Part shown: positions 41,171 through 44,560 of the stretch, one piece after another
How positions within the stretch are numbered: the first letter of the stretch is position 1
Layout of the letters: each line of letters begins with the position of its first letter
IMG/VR virus record: IMGVR_UViG_3300005260_000001
Coordinates: 1 to 44,560 of that record
Direction: 5' to 3' (one strand)
DNA from: a virus
DNA length: 44,560 bases
Program-made: the position numbers and the translations under genes
The notes under the pieces: generated by a model
Told to the model about the DNA's origin: nothing
Databases searched by the model: none
What the model saw: only the letters and a program-made list of their open reading frames with translations

Positions 41171-41266
41171 ATGGCCCTAACCCCCACTCCCTCGCCAAGC
41201 CCGACTCCGTCGCCAACTCCTACGCCCAAGCCGACGATCCCGCCGCCTCCGGGGCAAGGCAATTGA
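41171..41266 (+). CDS. Pro/Thr-rich micro-ORF with polyproline (31 aa)
   Basis: Not in the ORF track. GGAGAAG RBS. MALTPTPSPSPTPSPTPTPKPTIPPPPGQGN. Its TGA overlaps the TTG start of the next ORF. Confidence 0.35.
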   Translation: MALTPTPSPSPTPSPTPTPKPTIPPPPGQGN

Positions 41267-41673
41267 TCTACACGGCCGCACTGACGGTTGCGATCCTATT
41301 CGGCTGCGCGACTGTCTGGAAGGGCAGTCGTCGCAGTTCGATCCCGCTGCTGCTCAGCGCGTTGCTGGCAGTGGCGTTTTGCCGCCTTGGTGTGCCGTTC
41401 AATTTCTACTTCTGGCTGGTGATCGACTGCGCGGTGATCGTGGCGATCTGGCACGAGGACATGACCAACAAGGACATGGCGATCATCGTGTTGTTTCTGC
41501 CTGCCTGGATCAATTACGCGCTGACCGGAAATGAGCCGAATTTCTGGGTTTCGTGGGGCATCGTTATGGCTCAATTCGGACTTACTCTCCCGCTTGAAAA
41601 GGCGCTTTCATTGCTACGGCGGAAAGGCGTTGCCGAGAAACCCGATCGCTTCGACCTGCTGGTTCTCGCATAA
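41263..41673 (+). CDS. Polytopic membrane protein (about 4 TM)
   Basis: Hydrophobic helices throughout. TTG start. Confidence 0.5.
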   Translation: MIYTAALTVAILFGCATVWKGSRRSSIPLLLSALLAVAFCRLGVPFNFYFWLVIDCAVIVAIWHEDMTNKDMAIIVLFLPAWINYALTGNEPNFWVSWGIVMAQFGLTLPLEKALSLLRRKGVAEKPDRFDLLVLA

Positions 41674-42101
41674 TGGATGCGCTGCAGAGTATCGTATCGC
41701 AGTTCACTCCGGGCGCAGCGGGAGTTTGGACAGGTGTTGCGATGTTCGCTGCCTATATCCTGCGGGAATGGCGCGAAACCCGCAAGCTTTCCTATGAGGA
41801 TCGTATGGCCCGCCGGGAAGGCTACGCGAGGCAGGTTCAGGAACTATCGGACGAAAACCGCGCGCTCAGAAACGACCAGCGCCTGCTGCGCGAGGAATAC
41901 GATCATTACCGGCGCATCTGCCAAGCCGAGAACGACCAGCTCCGCACCGAAATGCAGATGCAGGGCAACCGTATCTCGGGGATGATGCGCAAGCTGGCGG
42001 ACATTGCCGTTCACGCCGCCCAAGGAAACATCGACGCCAAGCTGGTCGCTTCCATCCTTCAACTTGCCAGCGAAGGCCAAGCTGAAAGCGGCAAGGACTA
42101 G
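41673..42101 (+). CDS. N-terminal TM plus coiled-coil protein (142 aa)
   Basis: TAATG coupling. TM helix GVWTGVAMFAAYIL followed by heptad-like charged sequence. Confidence 0.5.
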   Translation: MDALQSIVSQFTPGAAGVWTGVAMFAAYILREWRETRKLSYEDRMARREGYARQVQELSDENRALRNDQRLLREEYDHYRRICQAENDQLRTEMQMQGNRISGMMRKLADIAVHAAQGNIDAKLVASILQLASEGQAESGKD

Positions 42102-42135
42102 ACCACGAGGCCGCCTGCCAGCTACGCCCTAGTGC

Positions 42136-42258
42136 CTATTTGATCGCCCAATAGGCATAGCACTCCTCGCATAGCCCATCTGGTGGACATTCTTCACAGC
42201 GAAGCGGTTCGGAGCTTTTGGCAAACCAGGCCCAAAAGCGTCTGAGCAATTGCATCAT
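42136..42258 (-). CDS. Small Cys-rich protein (40 aa)
   Basis: GGAG RBS before the internal ATG. Contains CEEC...CEEC. Confidence 0.3.
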   Translation of the reverse strand: MMQLLRRFWAWFAKSSEPLRCEECPPDGLCEECYAYWAIK

Positions 42259-42308
42259 AGGACGACTCCGAAAGGTTGACCACGAAAGCGCGTTAAGCCG
42301 CCCTACGA

Positions 42309-42578
42309 TTAGACCGCCGGCAGTTGATCTCCGCAATATTGCTCGGTGCACCCATCGCATCCGCAATCTGGCCCGGCGATATCATTGGGCGCCTCGGGCA
42401 CTGGCATCCAGTATTTCGGCTCGCCGTCGTGCGAATTGATGTAATCCCAATCGCCCCACATTCCGCGCTGTTTAACCCGCGTGCAAATCGAAACGTGGTT
42501 TTCCCCATGGCCGTGATACGCCACTAGCACGGTTGCGCCGATCGGCACCTTCTCCACATCGCTTCGCCACTCGCTCAT
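42309..42578 (-). CDS. DUF551-like protein (89 aa)
   Basis: GAGGAAGG RBS before the internal ATG. MSEWRSDVEKVPIG...KYWMPVPEAP. Confidence 0.55.
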   Translation of the reverse strand: MSEWRSDVEKVPIGATVLVAYHGHGENHVSICTRVKQRGMWGDWDYINSHDGEPKYWMPVPEAPNDIAGPDCGCDGCTEQYCGDQLPAV

Positions 42579-42616
42579 AAGCCCTTCCTCAATACCCAAA
42601 ATCACAGGATAAAGCA

Positions 42617-43081
42617 ATGCAGATTGGATCTGACGGCATAGCGCTTATCAAGCGTTTCGAGGGCTGCGCGAAGGCGCTCGGCAATGGCAGTTTCGATGCC
42701 TACCCCGACCCCGGAACTGGCGGCGATCCGTGGACGATTGGCTGGGGATCGACCGGCCCTGATATCCACAAGGGCCTTGTCTGGACACAGGCACAATGCG
42801 ATGCTCGCCTAGAGGCTGATCTACAGCATTTCTCGGCCAAAGTCGCCGCGATGGTGCCGAGCGCGACGCAGCACCAGTTCGATGCCCTGACCAGCTTTGC
42901 ATACAACCTGGGGCCTGGAAATCTCGCCAGCTCGACCCTGCTGAAAAAGCACAAGGCTGGCGACTTCGCGGGTGCCGCCAACGAGTTTCTCCGTTGGAAC
43001 CGAGCTGCCGGTCGCGTCCTGCCGGGCCTGACCAAACGCCGCGCTGCAGAACGCCTGCTGTATCTGGGCGAAGCGGCATGA
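42617..43081 (+). CDS. Endolysin, GH24 lysozyme family
   Basis: LIKRFEGC...AYPDPGTGGDPWTIGWGSTG...QFDALTSFAYNLG is the T4/lambdoid lysozyme signature. Confidence 0.9.
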   Translation: MQIGSDGIALIKRFEGCAKALGNGSFDAYPDPGTGGDPWTIGWGSTGPDIHKGLVWTQAQCDARLEADLQHFSAKVAAMVPSATQHQFDALTSFAYNLGPGNLASSTLLKKHKAGDFAGAANEFLRWNRAAGRVLPGLTKRRAAERLLYLGEAA

Positions 43082-43371
43082 CCTTTTCCAACGTCCTCAA
43101 AGGCATCGGCGGCGAGATAGAAATCGGCCGCACGCTACTCGCCAGTAGCGGGGTAGCGGCGATCACCACCCCGATCATTTTCGAGATGATCTCGATGGCG
43201 AAAACAGGCTGGCACTTCGACGTGACCGCGTGGTGTGTAGCTTATCCCGGCGGGCTGACTGCCCTAGGCGGCCTTGGGGTGTTCGCTATCGGCAAGAAGG
43301 ACAAGGCTGTTGCTGAGGCGCGGGCAACTCAAGCCTCTACCAACGCGACTAATGCAGGAGCAACCCAATGA
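43078..43371 (+). CDS. Holin candidate (2 TM, 97 aa)
   Basis: ATGA coupling to the endolysin. Two hydrophobic helices and a charged C-terminus. Confidence 0.55.
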   Translation: MTFSNVLKGIGGEIEIGRTLLASSGVAAITTPIIFEMISMAKTGWHFDVTAWCVAYPGGLTALGGLGVFAIGKKDKAVAEARATQASTNATNAGATQ

Positions 43372-43595
43372 CCGACGAACAGATCAAGCACATGGCGAAC
43401 CGTTTCCTTGGATGGAAAATCCCGCAACCCTTCCGGCCTGATGCCGGGATCAGTTTCGAGCCAGAGTTCAACGTCGAATACATGGCTCGGCAGGGCAAGC
43501 CGCCGATGAGGAACGAGCCGACCGGCACCAACCTGTTCGGCTATACGGAGGCCGAAGCGATGATCCGCTACATGCTGGAAGGATTGCCCCAATGA
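43368..43595 (+). CDS. Hypothetical protein (75 aa)
   Basis: ATGA coupling. Confidence 0.45.
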   Translation: MTDEQIKHMANRFLGWKIPQPFRPDAGISFEPEFNVEYMARQGKPPMRNEPTGTNLFGYTEAEAMIRYMLEGLPQ

Positions 43596-43699
43596 ACACC
43601 CTACGTAAGCAATGGAACTCACTGACGCCGACTGGAAAGATGTTCGTATCAGTCGCAGCGGCTTTTGTGGTGCTGGCTGTGCTGGTGGCGGTGCTCTAG
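43592..43699 (+). CDS. Small single-TM protein (35 aa)
   Basis: Not in the ORF track. ATGA coupling. MNTLRKQWNSLTPTGKMFVSVAAAFVVLAVLVAVL. Confidence 0.35.
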   Translation: MNTLRKQWNSLTPTGKMFVSVAAAFVVLAVLVAVL

Positions 43700-44109
43700 T
43701 GCCTATCTGGCTGGCGAGCGCCGCGAAGGTCATTGGATGGAAGGGCTTCGTCTCGATCGGCCTCGCCATCGCCCTGCTGGCCGCTTGGCTGCTGCACAAG
43801 CATGACGTTGGCACAATCGAGAACCTGCGCAACAAGAACGCCCAGACCGAAGCGCGGCTTACGATCAGCAACCAGAGCATCGCCGAACTGCAATCCGACC
43901 TCGCCGCAAAGAACGCCGAAAGCCTTGCAAGAGCCGCTGCACTTACCGCCAGCGAGAAACAACGCGCTGCGGACGATCTGAGGCTCGCTCAGGAGCAAAA
44001 GGCATCGCAGACGCAGATTGACCGGCTCAATGGGTTAGCTCTCTCACAGAGGCCTGTAGGGGAATGCACAGTGCCGAAGGAGCTCGATGACGCGCTGACG
44101 GGCCTTTAG
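43699..44109 (+). CDS. i-spanin (Rz-like) candidate
   Basis: GTG overlaps the upstream TAG. N-terminal TM helix, coiled coil and a C-terminal Cys. A longer form from ATG 43612 is possible. Confidence 0.6.
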   Translation: MPIWLASAAKVIGWKGFVSIGLAIALLAAWLLHKHDVGTIENLRNKNAQTEARLTISNQSIAELQSDLAAKNAESLARAAALTASEKQRAADDLRLAQEQKASQTQIDRLNGLALSQRPVGECTVPKELDDALTGL

Positions 44110-44560
44110 GCCCATAGGCGATAAAATTCACCTCGCATTATATGCGAAGCCTTGGCCCGTTTGCCGGTTACGTGATCGACAACAGAGTCCTCTTGAAACC
44201 GATAGGTGCGCCTTTTGTCCCCGCGCATTCCTGCACCGATCTGCCGCTTGCGGATGCAATTCGTTTCGGCCTGCTCTGCGCTCGCCGCGCCTATCTTAAT
44301 GTCCCGAACAAGCGCGGCATGGGCTTCGCGATAATTTGCTTCGCGCGACCGCGACGACGCACCTATGCGTCTCTTGCCAGTCTCCAAATGGACCAGCTCG
44401 CAACAGTTCTGATGCTTGTTTCGGTGCTGACCGCCCTTGCCTGTGCCCGAGAACCATCGCACTGAGAAGCCGGTGACTTCGTCCTTCTGTGCTTGTTCGC
44501 ACAAGACGGAAACCGTCACTGTGCTGGTGTGAACGCGCCCGCGCCTCTCCGTTGGAGGAA
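44106..44560 (-). CDS. Class-I release-factor-like protein, 3' part (GGQ domain); 5' part at 1..304 across the junction
   Basis: ...[12 protein letters not shown]...FSGTGKGGQHRNKHQNCCELVHLETG...RTYRFQEDSVVDHVTG... has GGQ and RF-1 domain motifs. The frame stays open to the window end and continues at positions 100 onward. Confidence 0.75.
   Translation of the reverse strand, partial: PPTERRGRVHTSTVTVSVLCEQAQKDEVTGFSVRWFSGTGKGGQHRNKHQNCCELVHLETGKRRIGASSRSREANYREAHAALVRDIKIGAASAEQAETNCIRKRQIGAGMRGDKRRTYRFQEDSVVDHVTGKRAKASHIMRGEFYRLWA
44462..44560. repeat. Terminal direct repeat, copy 2 (identical to 1..99)
   Basis: Exact 99-nt identity with the window start. Confidence 0.95.

Noticed and set aside
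1-44560. Genome-wide TGA-to-Trp recoding (genetic code 4) as an explanation for the in-frame TGA in the RF-like gene
   Set aside because: TGA terminates many well-supported genes here, including the endolysin, tnpB, the cro-like gene and the numerous ATGA/GTGA junctions. I could find no suppressor tRNA, or any tRNA at all. Only a local event (mutation or readthrough) is plausible.
1-44560. CRISPR arrays, rRNA and tRNA genes, reverse transcriptase/DGR or retron elements, tnpA
   Set aside because: I saw no regularly spaced short repeats with unique spacers. I saw no T-arm GGTTCGAATCC-type motifs in a tRNA context. I saw no RT (YxDD) or HUH/Y1 transposase ORFs in any frame of the track. This was by-eye scanning only, so tRNAscan and Infernal should confirm it.

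Overview
The window is one complete, circularly permuted replicon. The first 99 nt are identical to the last 99 nt, giving a unit of about 44,461 bp. It is a GC-rich temperate phage or prophage with a podovirus-like structural module (no tail tube, sheath or long tape-measure gene seen). Layout: (1) 1-2.6 kb holds the end of the lysis cassette, a few accessory genes and a repeat-rich, attP-like non-coding region. (2) 2.6-13.0 kb (minus strand) holds a tyrosine integrase and a leftward early operon of about 30 small genes. Most are joined by ATGA, GTGA or 8-nt start/stop overlaps. They include NinB, an ERF-like annealase, a Lar-like restriction-alleviation fusion, an ASCH-like protein and DUF551 paralogues. 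An intact TnpB (IS605 OrfB-type RuvC nuclease) gene sits in register inside this operon. (3) 13.0-14.3 kb holds a CI-like repressor plus a co-transcribed secreted protein, and a Cro-like gene. A 17-bp palindromic operator occurs on both sides of the repressor. (4) 14.3-20.2 kb holds rightward early genes: T5orf172, DUF4326, DUF1064 and DUF559 nuclease-type proteins and a replication organiser. (5) 20.3-40.7 kb is the late operon: TerS/TerL, portal, a GroES-like protein, an HslV-like Ntn peptidase, scaffold, capsid, adaptor/nozzle, internal virion proteins including an SLT transglycosylase, and fibres. (6) 40.7-42.6 kb is a mixed-orientation island with a sugar N-acetyltransferase. (7) 42.6-44.1 kb plus 318-590 is the endolysin/holin/spanin cassette. 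The most unusual feature is a release-factor gene that lacks RF domain 1 and carries an RF1-type PxT motif and a GGQ motif. It is only visible when the window is read as a circle. It lies antisense between the two spanin genes and carries an in-frame TGA at the position of a conserved RF1 tryptophan. I saw no tRNA, rRNA or CRISPR array by eye. All functional calls rest on remembered family motifs and need HMM or BLAST confirmation.
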